Counted from the first letter of the stretch, positions 31,062 through 42,019 are shown. The stretch: DNA of 64,000 bases from Thermodesulfobacteriota bacterium (GCA_965223335.1 OZ244991.1:1984001-2048000); one strand, 5' to 3'. Translations and numbers: made by a program. Notes: generated from the letters alone by a model not told the origin.

Positions 31062-33746
31062 ATGCACCAAAAAACCGAAAAGACCAAAAAACAGATTGAG
31101 CAGGAGGAGTTGGAAACCAAGGAATGGTTCGACTCGCTCGACTATGTGCTTGAAACCGGCGGGCCCGAGAGGGTAAGCAAGCTAATAAAAAAACTCCAGA
31201 TCCATGCTCAAAAGAAAGGGGTGAGACTCCATTTCACAGCCAATACCCCTTACATAAACACGATTCCTGTTGATAAACAGGTGCCGTACCCCGGGGACCA
31301 AGACATCGAGCGGCGGATAAGGAGCCTTATACGCTGGAACGCCATGGCTATGGTCGTGCGCGCAAACAAGCTTGAGGACGGGATAGGGGGGCACATATCC
31401 ACATACGCCTCGGCCGCGACATTATTCGAAGTGGCGTTTAACCATTTCCTAAGGGCGCGCAGTGATAACCATGAAGGTGACATTGTTTATTTCCAGGGCC
31501 ATGCTGCACCCGGTATTTATGCCCGTGCGTACCTTGAGGGAAGGCTTACTATAGAGAATCTGCAGAATTTTAGACGGGAGCTTAGACCTGAGGGCGGGTT
31601 GTCGTCGTACCCACACCCCTGGCTTATGCCGGATTTCTGGCAGTTCCCCACTGTATCGATGGGCCTAAGCCCGATAATGGCCATATACCAGGCGCGTTTT
31701 AACCGGTTCCTTGAGGACAGGGGATTAAAGGAGGAGTCGGACGCAAAGGTATGGGCATTCCTTGGGGACGGTGAGACGGATGAGCCCGAATCTTTGGGGG
31801 CTATAACGCTGGCGTCGAGGGAAAAGCTGGACAATCTCATCTTTGTGGTCAACTGCAACCTGCAGAGGCTTGACGGCCCGGTGAGGGGTAACGGCAAGAT
31901 CATACAGGAACTGGAGTCAATATTCCGCGGAGCAGGGTGGAACGTGATAAAAGTAATCTGGGGTAACGATTGGGACCCTCTGTTAAAAGCCGATAAGGAC
32001 GGGATTTTGGTAAAGAGAATGGGGGATGCGGTGGACGGTGATTATCAAAAGTACATCGTGGAAACCGGGGATTACATACGCAGCCATTTTTTTGGAACTG
32101 ACCCGAGGCTAACTGAATTGGTTCGGGAACTCAGCGACGAGCAATTAGAAAAACTTCGGCGCGGCGGCCACGATATGGAAAAGGTGTATAATTCATATAA
32201 AGCAGCTATAGAGAACGTAGGCTCGCCGACTGTAATATTGGCAAAAACGATAAAGGGCTACGGACTCGGGGAAGCAGGCGAAGGCAGAAATATAACGCAT
32301 CAGCAAAAGAAGCTAAACGAAGAGGAGCTAAGGCAATTTAGGACCCGTTTTAGGATCCCGATCTCTGACGAGGACGTATCTAGAGCACCTTTCTTCAAAC
32401 CACCTAAAGATAGCCCTGAGATGAAGTATCTATTGGAGAGGCGAAAAGAGCTGGGTGGGTTTATTCCGCAGCGCAAGGTCGAGTGCGAGCCGCTAAAATC
32501 GCCGCCTGAGAGTCTTTACGAGGAGTTCTATAAGGGATCAGGGAAAAGAGAGGTCGCAACCACAATGGCGTTTGTGAGGATGCTGTCCAAGCTTCTAAAG
32601 GATAAGGACCTCGGCAAGTACATTGTGCCTATTATCCCCGATGAAGCCAGGACATTCGGGATGGAGTCACTTTTCAGACAGGTCGGTATTTACTCGCATG
32701 TCGGGCAGACCTATGAGCCTGTGGACGCAGAGACCCTCCTCTACTATAAAGAGGCTAAAGACGGACAGATACTCGAAGAGGGTATTACAGAGGCCGGGTC
32801 GATGTCGTCATTTATTGCAGCCGGCACAGCATACGCTACGCATGGGATAAACACTATCCCGTTTTTCGTCTACTACTCGATGTTCGGGTTTCAGCGTATC
32901 GGGGATTTGATCTGGGCTGCAGGCGATATGCGTTGTAAAGGGTTTATGATAGGAGGCACTTCGGGGCGCACCACACTCGCGGGTGAGGGCCTGCAGCATC
33001 AAGACGGCCACAGCCACCTGCTTGCTTACCCAGTGCCGAACCTAAAAGCCTATGACCCTGCTTTTGCATACGAGATTGCAGTGATAATACAAGACGGTAT
33101 AAAGCGAATGTACGAGAACCAGGAGGACCTGTTTTACTACATAACGGTCATGAACGAACCTTACCACCAACCCGCAATGCCTAAAGGTGCCAAAGAGGGT
33201 ATTTTGAGGGGCATGTATAAGTTTAGGAGCACGAAGTTAAAAGACACTGAGCTCCATGCTCAGCTCTTTGGAAGCGGTACGATACTAAACGAGGTGCTAA
33301 GAGCCCAGGAAGTGCTGGCCGAGAAATACAATGTGGCTTCTGATGTGTGGAGTGTGACTAGTTATAAGGAGCTTTATAAAAACGGGCTTGATGTAGAGCG
33401 CTGGAACATGCTTCATCCCTCGGAGATAAAGCGAGTGCCCTATATATCACAGTGCGTTAAAGATGCCCCCGGGGTGTTTGTGGCTGCGTCTGATTATGTG
33501 ATGGCGCTGCCCGACTCGATATCGCAATGGCTGCCGAAGCCGTTAGTGTCGTTGGGCACCGACGGTTACGGGAGAAGCGGTAGTAGAAAAGCACTTAGGG
33601 ATTTCTTTGAGGTCGATTACCGCTATATAACACTGGCGGTGCTGGGCTCGCTGACATGGGAGAAGAAGATTAGTACGGATGTTGTGGAGCAGGCAATACA
33701 GGACTTGGATATTAACCCGGGGAAAGTTAACCCGATGATCTCTTAA
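31062..33746 (+). CDS. aceE: Pyruvate dehydrogenase E1, homodimeric
   Basis: GGHISTYAS, SSYPHP, GDGETDEPE, NCNLQRLDGPV, GEGLQHQDG. Confidence 0.97.
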   Translation: MHQKTEKTKKQIEQEELETKEWFDSLDYVLETGGPERVSKLIKKLQIHAQKKGVRLHFTANTPYINTIPVDKQVPYPGDQDIERRIRSLIRWNAMAMVVRANKLEDGIGGHISTYASAATLFEVAFNHFLRARSDNHEGDIVYFQGHAAPGIYARAYLEGRLTIENLQNFRRELRPEGGLSSYPHPWLMPDFWQFPTVSMGLSPIMAIYQARFNRFLEDRGLKEESDAKVWAFLGDGETDEPESLGAITLASREKLDNLIFVVNCNLQRLDGPVRGNGKIIQELESIFRGAGWNVIKVIWGNDWDPLLKADKDGILVKRMGDAVDGDYQKYIVETGDYIRSHFFGTDPRLTELVRELSDEQLEKLRRGGHDMEKVYNSYKAAIENVGSPTVILAKTIKGYGLGEAGEGRNITHQQKKLNEEELRQFRTRFRIPISDEDVSRAPFFKPPKDSPEMKYLLERRKELGGFIPQRKVECEPLKSPPESLYEEFYKGSGKREVATTMAFVRMLSKLLKDKDLGKYIVPIIPDEARTFGMESLFRQVGIYSHVGQTYEPVDAETLLYYKEAKDGQILEEGITEAGSMSSFIAAGTAYATHGINTIPFFVYYSMFGFQRIGDLIWAAGDMRCKGFMIGGTSGRTTLAGEGLQHQDGHSHLLAYPVPNLKAYDPAFAYEIAVIIQDGIKRMYENQEDLFYYITVMNEPYHQPAMPKGAKEGILRGMYKFRSTKLKDTELHAQLFGSGTILNEVLRAQEVLAEKYNVASDVWSVTSYKELYKNGLDVERWNMLHPSEIKRVPYISQCVKDAPGVFVAASDYVMALPDSISQWLPKPLVSLGTDGYGRSGSRKALRDFFEVDYRYITLAVLGSLTWEKKISTDVVEQAIQDLDINPGKVNPMIS

Positions 33747-33761
33747 AGGTGGGGGAGTATC

Positions 33762-35099
33762 ATGACGATAGAATTTAGATTGCCGGAGCTTGGGGAGGAC
33801 ATTGATTCAGGGGATGTAATCAATGTGTATGTGACCGCAGGAGATGCAGTGGTGGCGGATCAGGCTTTAATGGAACTAGAGACTGATAAGGCCGCTATAG
33901 AGATACCGTCGCCTGCGGATGGCAAGGTGAGTACAGTACACGTTAAGGAAGGGGATAAGGTTATGGTGGGCGAGTTGCTCGTCACCATAGATGAAAACGG
34001 AGTTGCAAAAGGAGAATTAAAAATGGACGCTGAGATTAAAGCTGATAGTTCGTCTAAGAAAAAAGACGAAACAAAAACCAGTCCCCCTGCCGATGATAAC
34101 AAAACAGCTCCAACGGAGCCCGATACGGCTTCAACTTCGGACACAGGCATAACCGCTAGCGAGGATGATGCGGGTAATGCCGGTACCAACGATATACCCG
34201 CGGCTGCCTCGCCTACCTTAAGGCGGCTTGCACGCGAGCTTGGGGTGGATATAAACACCGTCAAAGGCACGGGCCCGGGTGGGAGGATCACAGAACAGGA
34301 CCTGAGGGGTCAGACTGAGGATGCTTCCCCACAACCATCCGTCAAAAATACAATAAATGTCAAACCTGAGATTGAGGGGTTGCCTGATTTTACTAAATAT
34401 GGCGAGGTCGTGAAGATCCCTATGACAAAAGTGAGGCGTGTGATAGCAGAGCGGCTAACTAAGGCATGGGAGGCCCCGCATGTAACACAGCACGACAAAG
34501 CGGATATAACGGAGTTAGAAAAGGTTCGGAAACTGTATGGCCAGAACGTTGCTCAAGCAGGCGGCAAACTTACATTAACCTCTATCATGTTAAAAATCGC
34601 GGCATCAGCTCTTAAACTGTTCCCACAGTTTAACGCCAGCATCGATATGGAAAAAGAAGAGGTTATTTACAAAAAGTACTACAATATTGGAATTGCTGTA
34701 GAAACGGAGAGAGGACTTTTTGTCCCTGTTATTAAAGATGTGGATAAAAAAAATATCTTTGAACTTTCTCTGCAGGTTCCGGTGCTGTCGGAGAGAGCCA
34801 GAAACCAAACGGTTTCGCTTGATGAACTTAAGGGCAGCACTTTTACGATAAGTAATCTTGGCGGGTTAGGTGGCACCTATTTTACCCCTGTTTTAAACCC
34901 CCCGGAGGTTGCCATATTGGGTATGTCGAAGTCCGCTATCGAGCCGGTATATATTGATGGGGAGTTCGAACCGCGGCTGATGCTGCCGCTCTCGCTCTCG
35001 TATGACCACAGGCTTATAGACGGGGCGGATGCGGTCAGGTTTTTGAGATGGATTGTAGAGGCGGTGGAAGAGCCGTTTAAGCTGGCTCTGGAAGGATAA
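33762..35099 (+). CDS. aceF: Dihydrolipoamide acetyltransferase E2 (one lipoyl domain)
   Basis: ETDKA lipoyl site, E3-binding GTGPGGRI, DHRLIDG. Confidence 0.95.
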   Translation: MTIEFRLPELGEDIDSGDVINVYVTAGDAVVADQALMELETDKAAIEIPSPADGKVSTVHVKEGDKVMVGELLVTIDENGVAKGELKMDAEIKADSSSKKKDETKTSPPADDNKTAPTEPDTASTSDTGITASEDDAGNAGTNDIPAAASPTLRRLARELGVDINTVKGTGPGGRITEQDLRGQTEDASPQPSVKNTINVKPEIEGLPDFTKYGEVVKIPMTKVRRVIAERLTKAWEAPHVTQHDKADITELEKVRKLYGQNVAQAGGKLTLTSIMLKIAASALKLFPQFNASIDMEKEEVIYKKYYNIGIAVETERGLFVPVIKDVDKKNIFELSLQVPVLSERARNQTVSLDELKGSTFTISNLGGLGGTYFTPVLNPPEVAILGMSKSAIEPVYIDGEFEPRLMLPLSLSYDHRLIDGADAVRFLRWIVEAVEEPFKLALEG

Positions 35100-35139
35100 C
35101 TCGCATTAATAGTTGTGAAATTATGTTGGGGAATTGCTG

Positions 35140-36567
35140 ATGAGTGCTGAGAAATCTAGTACCAAAGTGGTGGTAATAGGTGCGGGCCCCGGGGGCTACC
35201 CGGCCGCATTCTATGCAGCGGACCTAGGGCTCAGTGTAACGCTCATTGACCCCGAACCTGACCCCGGAGGGGTCTGTTTATACCGGGGATGTATCCCCTC
35301 TAAAGCCCTCTTACATGTGGCAAAACTCATAAACGAAGCGAGCCATGCATCTGATTGGGGTGTAAAGTTCTCAAAGCCTAAGATCGACCTTGATAAGCTA
35401 AGAACCTGGAAAAACGGGGTGGTAACCAAACTGGTGGGAGGGCTTGGACAGCTTTCCAAACAACGCAACATCACCTATATACGGGGTATGGCGCAGTTCG
35501 AGTCGCCTACCACTGTAAAGATCACTAAAGAGGGGGGCGGAGTTGAAACTCTGGACTTCAAATACGCCGTCATTGCTACCGGATCGCGCCCCGCAACCAT
35601 ACCGGGGCTTGTAACCGACATCCCCGAGGTCTTGGATTCAACATCGGCGCTCGACCTGCCTGATATCCCAAAGAGCATGCTCGTGATCGGGGGAGGATAC
35701 ATCGGCCTCGAACTGGGCACCGTATACGCAGCGCTCGGGTCTAAGGTCGAGATTGTTGAGATGTTGCCGGGTCTAATGCAGGGGGCCGACCGAGACCTTG
35801 TGCGTGTGCTCGAAAAAAGTCTGTCGGACAAATTCGAGGCCATAAGATTAAATACCAAAGTAGTGGGGATGGAAAAATACAAGCAGGGGATTAAGGTGTC
35901 GTTTGAGAATAAGGACGGGGAGCAAAGCGAAGAGGTGTATGAGAAGGTCTTAGTGTCGGTCGGGAGAGTGCCCAATTCGGAAAACCTGGGTCTTGATAAA
36001 ATCGGGGTCAAGACTAACGAGGGGGGTTTTATCCAGACAGACACACAAAAGCGTACAGACGTGTCCAACATATTTGCTATAGGGGATGTTGCAGGGGAGC
36101 CGATGCTGGCGCATAAGGCTACACATGAGGGAAAGGTAGTGGCTGAGGTCCTGGCAGGTAACAAATCCGCATTTGAACCGAGCGCAATTCCTGCAGTTGT
36201 ATTTACCGATCCCGAAATAGCGTGGTGCGGACTTACAGAGACCGAGGCGAAAGAGCGGGGTATAAAAGTGAAGGTAGCACGATTCCCTTGGGGTGCATCG
36301 GGGAGAGCTACTACACTTGATAGGAACGACGGTGTTACAAAACTTGTAGTTGACCCAGAGACCGACAGGGTGCTTGGAATGGGTATAGTTGGGGTAGGAG
36401 CCGGGGAGCTTATTGCCGAGGGTGTGCTTGCAGTTGAGATGGCAGCACTTGCCTCAGATATTGAACTCACAATCCATGCTCATCCTACATTGTCAGAGAC
36501 CGTAATGGAGAGTGCCGAGGTTTACTACGGGCACAGTACTCACCTCTATAGGGCTAAAAAACGCTAG
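35140..36567 (+). CDS. lpdA: Dihydrolipoamide dehydrogenase, copy 2
   Basis: GAGPGG, GGVCLYRGCIP, HPTLSE. Confidence 0.95.
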   Translation: MSAEKSSTKVVVIGAGPGGYPAAFYAADLGLSVTLIDPEPDPGGVCLYRGCIPSKALLHVAKLINEASHASDWGVKFSKPKIDLDKLRTWKNGVVTKLVGGLGQLSKQRNITYIRGMAQFESPTTVKITKEGGGVETLDFKYAVIATGSRPATIPGLVTDIPEVLDSTSALDLPDIPKSMLVIGGGYIGLELGTVYAALGSKVEIVEMLPGLMQGADRDLVRVLEKSLSDKFEAIRLNTKVVGMEKYKQGIKVSFENKDGEQSEEVYEKVLVSVGRVPNSENLGLDKIGVKTNEGGFIQTDTQKRTDVSNIFAIGDVAGEPMLAHKATHEGKVVAEVLAGNKSAFEPSAIPAVVFTDPEIAWCGLTETEAKERGIKVKVARFPWGASGRATTLDRNDGVTKLVVDPETDRVLGMGIVGVGAGELIAEGVLAVEMAALASDIELTIHAHPTLSETVMESAEVYYGHSTHLYRAKKR

Positions 36568-36647
36568 CCATAAACAATTGACTAGACCCGCCGTTTATAG
36601 ATAATTGTTCTCAGTAAGACTAGATTTCAGCACTACATTAGGAACCT

Positions 36648-38141
36648 ATGTCAGATAAAAGTACTGATTCGATTAATGATCAAAGCGAATTTATATGTAG
36701 CTTGGGATTAAAAGCAAAAAAGCCCCAAGTTGACCCTGCTCGCAGATTTATAACGAATATAATCTGCCAAAACGGGATCGGTGAAAACGATGCAGGGCGA
36801 GTTGGCGAGATGCTTGGGGAAATCCTACTTAACATTACCAATACTGCCGGTCTCTCTGGTGGGGAGGTCGCTATTGATATAGAGTTGTCAAAGCGCTTGC
36901 ACTCGCTTGTGGTAGAGGTTGAGGACAAAGGGCTACCGCTCGATTACGAGGATCTGTCGGAGGGTAAAGACCAGAGATTTAGCACCTATCTGGCCAAGGG
37001 GTATGTAGACGAGATTCATTTTGAATGCCTGGGACCGGAGGGCAACCGGGTTGAGATCGTAAAGTACCTGCCCTCGGTAGATGTACGCCGGGAGATGGAG
37101 ATCTCGGAGCACCAAGAGCACCTAGATGCGGCCCCGGCACCCAAAGACGAAGAGATAACCATCGGTTTGCTTAAAGCTGAAGAAACAGTGGAGCTCGTGC
37201 GCCTGTTATTTAAGTGCTATGGATACAGTTACCCGAACGAGTTCATGTACTACCCGGACCAAATCAGGGCAAGGATTGAAGCGGGCACGATGACCTCGTG
37301 TGGGGCCTATAACCCCGCAGGGGAGTTGGTTGGACACCTGGCGTTGATTGTAGAAAAACCCGGGGACAAGGATGCTGAGTCGGGAGAGGCACTGGTGGAT
37401 AATAGGTATCGCGGGCACGGGATATTCAAACGTATGAAGCGGTATCTAAAAGATTTTGCATCTGGAAACGGAATTGTGGGAATCTATGGTGAGGCTGTGA
37501 CTGTGCACCCTTATAGCCAGAAGGGAAGCCTTGACCTGGGTGCAAAGGAGATCGGATTTTTGCTGGGCTATAGCCCGGGGTCGGTCTCGTTTCGAAGTAT
37601 CTCGGATTCTGAAAAAGAGCGTCGGCAGTCGGTGGCCTTGATGTATACACCCGTGCTCCCGAGCGATAAAAAGCCCATTTATCTAAAAGAGAACTATACG
37701 CGTAAGATAAATAGCATTATTGAGGGGCTTGGGTTCGAGAGGGAATTGATCGGGGAGTTGGAGCTCAGTGGTAAGGGGCAGGGGAGAATGGAGCTTAGCC
37801 TAAGACATGACCATAATCAGGCCTTCATTAAAGTGCTTGAGTACGGGGAAAACACATTGGGGGAGGCGGGTGTGCATTTGAAACACCTTTGTGTGGAGAG
37901 GGTCGATTGCATCTATGCCGATTTGCCTGTGAACGTGCCGGGGTCGGATTACTATGTGTCTGGGTTTAGGGAGATGGGCTTTTTCTTTGGGGCTTTCATC
38001 CCTGACTACAGGGACGGGGATATTCTTAGACTACAGTACCTAAACAACGTAGAGATCTTGAGGGATGATATAAAGGTAGCATCTGATTTCGGCGAGTCGC
38101 TTTTGGATCTTATATTTAGCGACTACGTGAACGTATCTTAA
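36648..38141 (+). CDS. HATPase (RsbW-like) plus GNAT acetyltransferase fusion
   Basis: N-terminal EILLN...VEDKG...VDE GHKL-like elements; central YRGHGI acetyl-CoA motif. Confidence 0.7.
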   Translation: MSDKSTDSINDQSEFICSLGLKAKKPQVDPARRFITNIICQNGIGENDAGRVGEMLGEILLNITNTAGLSGGEVAIDIELSKRLHSLVVEVEDKGLPLDYEDLSEGKDQRFSTYLAKGYVDEIHFECLGPEGNRVEIVKYLPSVDVRREMEISEHQEHLDAAPAPKDEEITIGLLKAEETVELVRLLFKCYGYSYPNEFMYYPDQIRARIEAGTMTSCGAYNPAGELVGHLALIVEKPGDKDAESGEALVDNRYRGHGIFKRMKRYLKDFASGNGIVGIYGEAVTVHPYSQKGSLDLGAKEIGFLLGYSPGSVSFRSISDSEKERRQSVALMYTPVLPSDKKPIYLKENYTRKINSIIEGLGFERELIGELELSGKGQGRMELSLRHDHNQAFIKVLEYGENTLGEAGVHLKHLCVERVDCIYADLPVNVPGSDYYVSGFREMGFFFGAFIPDYRDGDILRLQYLNNVEILRDDIKVASDFGESLLDLIFSDYVNVS

Positions 38142-38282
38142 ATAGCGGCCAAGATTAATTTGGTTTTACTTTGCATTGCTATTCAATTCCCCCGGTTTGA
38201 TACGCAAAAAAATAAGTCTCAGGAGAGCTTGACAATATAAGAGTTATAACAATAAAATAGAATTTAGTACCTTTAAGGGTGG

Positions 38283-38627
38283 ATGCAAATGGAGCTCTTG
38301 ATATCTATGAAAGCCGAGACGCTTAATAAGGGGATATATTTCGAAAAGAGTACTATCATGCAGATGCCTACAGCTCAATCGGACGGCTATTTTATAGCGG
38401 AGATTAGAGAGGCTGATGACAACAAAAGAGAGCTCTTGCGCCGTTATGTGGATATACTGAGAGAAAAATTGAGCAGTGAAGAGGATTATGGACTCGAGAT
38501 AACCTCTTTGGGCTTTAAACTCCTTAAAAGGGTGGATGAAGATATAGAGTATATGGATGCTTGGGAGAGATGGGTTAGGTTTACAAGGACCCTGTACAGG
38601 GAGCTTAATGATTTTGTCGAGGAGTAG
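38283..38627 (+). CDS. Hypothetical protein
   Basis: 114-aa ORF downstream of a TTGACA-containing promoter-like region. Confidence 0.55.
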   Translation: MQMELLISMKAETLNKGIYFEKSTIMQMPTAQSDGYFIAEIREADDNKRELLRRYVDILREKLSSEEDYGLEITSLGFKLLKRVDEDIEYMDAWERWVRFTRTLYRELNDFVEE

Positions 38628-38786
38628 TATTAAATCAATGTTTAAGGGGTCTAAAACACCCGCCTCAATTTGCTTTTCACCTTAAGTTTGCTAATATCAT
38701 TCCTCTAATTGATCGATCTAAGGTTACTTAAAGACTTGGATGAAGCTGCGGGGTTTTAGTGCCCGAACATGGAGATCCTCGACTGA

Positions 38787-41630
38787 ATGTCTGATAAAAA
38801 AAGAAACTATAAAGACACGCTTAACCTGCCAAGTACCAATTTCCCGATGAAGGCAAACCTGAATCAGAGGGAACCTGAGATACAAAAAAAATGGGATAAA
38901 ACCGATCTGTATGAGGGATTTCGCAAGCTTGCCGAGGGTAGGGATAAGTTTGTGTTCCATGACGGCCCTCCGTATGCAAACGGCCCCATACATTTGGGGC
39001 ATTTGCTAAACAAAGTGCTAAAGGATATGGTGGTCCGTTCTAAAACAATGCTCGGGTATGATGTGGATTTTGTCCCGGGATGGGACTGCCACGGGCTACC
39101 TATCGAGCACAAGGTGCTTGTCGAATTGGGGGATGCCGCAAAGGAGCTCTCAAAACTCAAAATCAGATACAAGTGCCAGTCCTATGCCGAGAAATATGTA
39201 AAGCTGCAGTCCCGGCAGATGCAGAAGCTGGGCACTGTGGGGAATTACAAAAACCCATATCTTACAATGACACCGGACTATGAAGCCGGGGTGCTCGAGG
39301 TGTTTGCCGACCTTGTAGCAAAGGGGCTTGTTTACAGGGCTCTTAAACCCGTGCACTGGTCTATCGATAACCAGACTGCACTTGCAGAGGCAGAACTAGA
39401 GTACTACGATAGGAAAGATAGAAGTATATACGTGCTATTCCCTATAGTTAATACAGCAGAGCCCCCCGGTAGTCTTAATATTGGTGATCCGGATAGTGCC
39501 TGTCTCATGATATGGACCACTACACCCTGGACTCTGCCTGCTAACCTGGCAGCGGCAGTGGCACCGAGGGGGGTATATGCATCGTACAAGCTTAAGAAGG
39601 AGGGCAGAGAATACACAGTGGTCTTGGTCGAGGCTCTTGCTGAGAAGGTGTTTAACAAATCGGGTGTGGAGAATTATGAAAAAATGGGAAGCTGCAAAGG
39701 GACTGAGCTCGCAGAATCTGGTCTTTCGTATCAACACCCGTTTGTGGACCGCCAATGCAATGTTGTGACGGCTGAGTATGTGACCTTTGAGGACGGCACA
39801 GGGATTGTGCACACTGCACCCGGGCATGGAGTAGAGGACTATCAGACGGGGCTTAAGGAGGGCTTGGAGATTTACTGCCCTGTGCTTGCCGACGGTACAT
39901 TTGACAGTACTGTGCCCGAGTGGCTGAGTGGTCTTGGGGTATGGGACGCAAACAATAAAATCACCGAACACCTAAGAGAGAACAACTATCTGTTTCATGA
40001 CGAAGAGTATCTGCACAGCTACCCACACGACTGGAGGAGCAAGACACCGACCATTTTTAGGGCGACGGAACAGTGGTTTGTGGGCGTCGACAGCAATATC
40101 AGGGGGCTTAGCAAAACACTACGGGAGCTTGCGCTTGAGAAAACGGATGCTGAAATTGATTATTATCCCGAGTGGGGTAAAAACAGGCTTAGGGGTATGC
40201 TCGAAGCACGGCCCGACTGGTGTATAAGCCGCCAGAGAGCGTGGGGGCTTCCCATACCGGCATTTATAACTGAACACGGCAAATCATTACTGACACCCAA
40301 AACAGTAAGAGTGGTTGCTGACAAGATCAGAGCTAAAGGCGCCAACATTTGGTTCCAGGCTGAGGTATCCGATCTATTGGAAGGCTACGATCCCAGCACA
40401 GATGAAGATGCTCCCGAGTGGGCTCAAGAGACAGGGGCGCTCGGTTCTTTGTCTAAGGGGATGGATATATTCGATGTGTGGTTCGAGTCGGGATCGTCGT
40501 GGCACTCTGTTTTGCAACAAAGGGACATAGGCTACCCTGCGGACCTCTACCTGGAGGGCTCGGATCAGCACAGGGGTTGGTTTCAGTTGTCGTTGCTCCC
40601 TGCACTTGGTGCTACCGGTAGTCCGCCTTTTAAAGCACTTCTCACACATGGATTTATGGTTGACGCAGAGGGCAAGAAGATGAGTAAATCTGGCGGTAAT
40701 GCGCTTGAGGTAGATGAGTTATTAAAAAAGCACGGAGCCGATGTGTGCAGGTGGTGGGTGAGTTCGCTCAAGTATACAAATGACGTTAAGGTCGACTGGG
40801 AGTTTTTTAAGGTCGCAAGTGATGAGTATCGTAAGGTTAGAAATACGATCAGGTTTCTGCTGGGCAATTTGCACGACTTTGATCCTATGCACGATATGGT
40901 GCAGTTCGAGCAAGAGGATAGATACACCTTAGACGGCTGGGCACTTGGAGAGTTGTCGAAATTTATAACACAGACCAAAGAGGCTTACGACGGGTTCCAG
41001 TATAAGAGGGCAAATGAATTAATTTTCCACTTTTGCTACGAGACTCTAAGTGCCGTCTATCTGGCTGCGGTTAAGGACAGGCTTTACTGTGAGAGCAAGG
41101 GTAACCGCAAGAGGAGACGTACACAGACCGTGATGTATTACACAGCAGATGCATTAATTAAATTGCTCGCTCCGATCTTGGTACATACTGCTGAGGAAGC
41201 CTTTGCAAGCTTACGGGATAAAGAGATTGAGGCTGAGCACAGCGTTCATGCGCAGAGCTTCCCCGATGATATAGGCGTAGAGATTGATCCGAATTGGGAG
41301 AGCGTGATGGAGCTTAGGAGTAAGGTGCTTAAGGCCCTTGAGGACCAAAAAGAATCTGGCGGGGTATCAAACCCTCTGGATGTGGGAGTAGAGGTGGGGC
41401 TTGAGCCGGAGAGTTACAGGGTGTTGTCGGCATTTACGGAGGAGATGGCCGATCTCTCGGGAGTGAGTAGGTTTAGCATCACGGAGGCTGACAGTTTTTC
41501 GATCAATGTAGTATCGTTGGAGTCGGAACCAAGGTGCGAGAGGTCTTGGAAACGTGACGGCACGGTCCGAGTCCGCTCTGATGGTGGTATGTTGTCTGAG
41601 AGAGATGCTGAGGCGCTTGGGCTAAAATAG
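38787..41630 (+). CDS. ileS: Isoleucine--tRNA ligase (type 1)
   Basis: DGPPYANG.IHLGH, GWDCHGLPIE, WTTTPWT, DWCISRQR, GSDQHRGWF, KMSKS. Confidence 0.97.
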   Translation: MSDKKRNYKDTLNLPSTNFPMKANLNQREPEIQKKWDKTDLYEGFRKLAEGRDKFVFHDGPPYANGPIHLGHLLNKVLKDMVVRSKTMLGYDVDFVPGWDCHGLPIEHKVLVELGDAAKELSKLKIRYKCQSYAEKYVKLQSRQMQKLGTVGNYKNPYLTMTPDYEAGVLEVFADLVAKGLVYRALKPVHWSIDNQTALAEAELEYYDRKDRSIYVLFPIVNTAEPPGSLNIGDPDSACLMIWTTTPWTLPANLAAAVAPRGVYASYKLKKEGREYTVVLVEALAEKVFNKSGVENYEKMGSCKGTELAESGLSYQHPFVDRQCNVVTAEYVTFEDGTGIVHTAPGHGVEDYQTGLKEGLEIYCPVLADGTFDSTVPEWLSGLGVWDANNKITEHLRENNYLFHDEEYLHSYPHDWRSKTPTIFRATEQWFVGVDSNIRGLSKTLRELALEKTDAEIDYYPEWGKNRLRGMLEARPDWCISRQRAWGLPIPAFITEHGKSLLTPKTVRVVADKIRAKGANIWFQAEVSDLLEGYDPSTDEDAPEWAQETGALGSLSKGMDIFDVWFESGSSWHSVLQQRDIGYPADLYLEGSDQHRGWFQLSLLPALGATGSPPFKALLTHGFMVDAEGKKMSKSGGNALEVDELLKKHGADVCRWWVSSLKYTNDVKVDWEFFKVASDEYRKVRNTIRFLLGNLHDFDPMHDMVQFEQEDRYTLDGWALGELSKFITQTKEAYDGFQYKRANELIFHFCYETLSAVYLAAVKDRLYCESKGNRKRRRTQTVMYYTADALIKLLAPILVHTAEEAFASLRDKEIEAEHSVHAQSFPDDIGVEIDPNWESVMELRSKVLKALEDQKESGGVSNPLDVGVEVGLEPESYRVLSAFTEEMADLSGVSRFSITEADSFSINVVSLESEPRCERSWKRDGTVRVRSDGGMLSERDAEALGLK

Positions 41631-41677
41631 TTTTGCTTTTATCCAGCAACATTTCTAAATATAAGTAGAAAATAGAT

Positions 41678-42019
41678 TTAACCCGGGGGCCAGTCCATCT
41701 CTCTTCCGCCCAGTATGTGCATATGCAGGTGGAACACAAGTTGGTTGGCGTCTTTGTTGGTGTTTATGACTAGCCTGTAACCTGATTCTTCTATGCCTTG
41801 TTCCCTTGCAATCTCTCGGGCTTTGAGCATGAGGTGGCCCAAAAGCGTTTTGTCCTCTTCGGTGGCGTCAGCTATCCTTGGTATCTCTTTTTTGGGAACT
41901 ATAAGAATATGAACAGGGGCTTGGGGGTCGATGTCCTTAAAGGCAAGGCAGAGGTCGTCTTCATAAACAATCTCGGCCGGTATCTCTCTATTGATAATCT
42001 TTGTGAATATTGTGCTCAT
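41678..42019 (-). CDS. Histidine triad (HIT) nucleotide-binding protein
   Basis: HLHMHILGG, C-terminal WPPG. Confidence 0.95.
   Translation of the reverse strand: MSTIFTKIINREIPAEIVYEDDLCLAFKDIDPQAPVHILIVPKKEIPRIADATEEDKTLLGHLMLKAREIAREQGIEESGYRLVINTNKDANQLVFHLHMHILGGREMDWPPG

Noticed and set aside
35475..36470. Long antisense ORFs (also 55093-56196, 49378-50157, 43750-44505)
   Set aside because: Ser/Pro/Thr-rich shadow frames opposite well-conserved genes.
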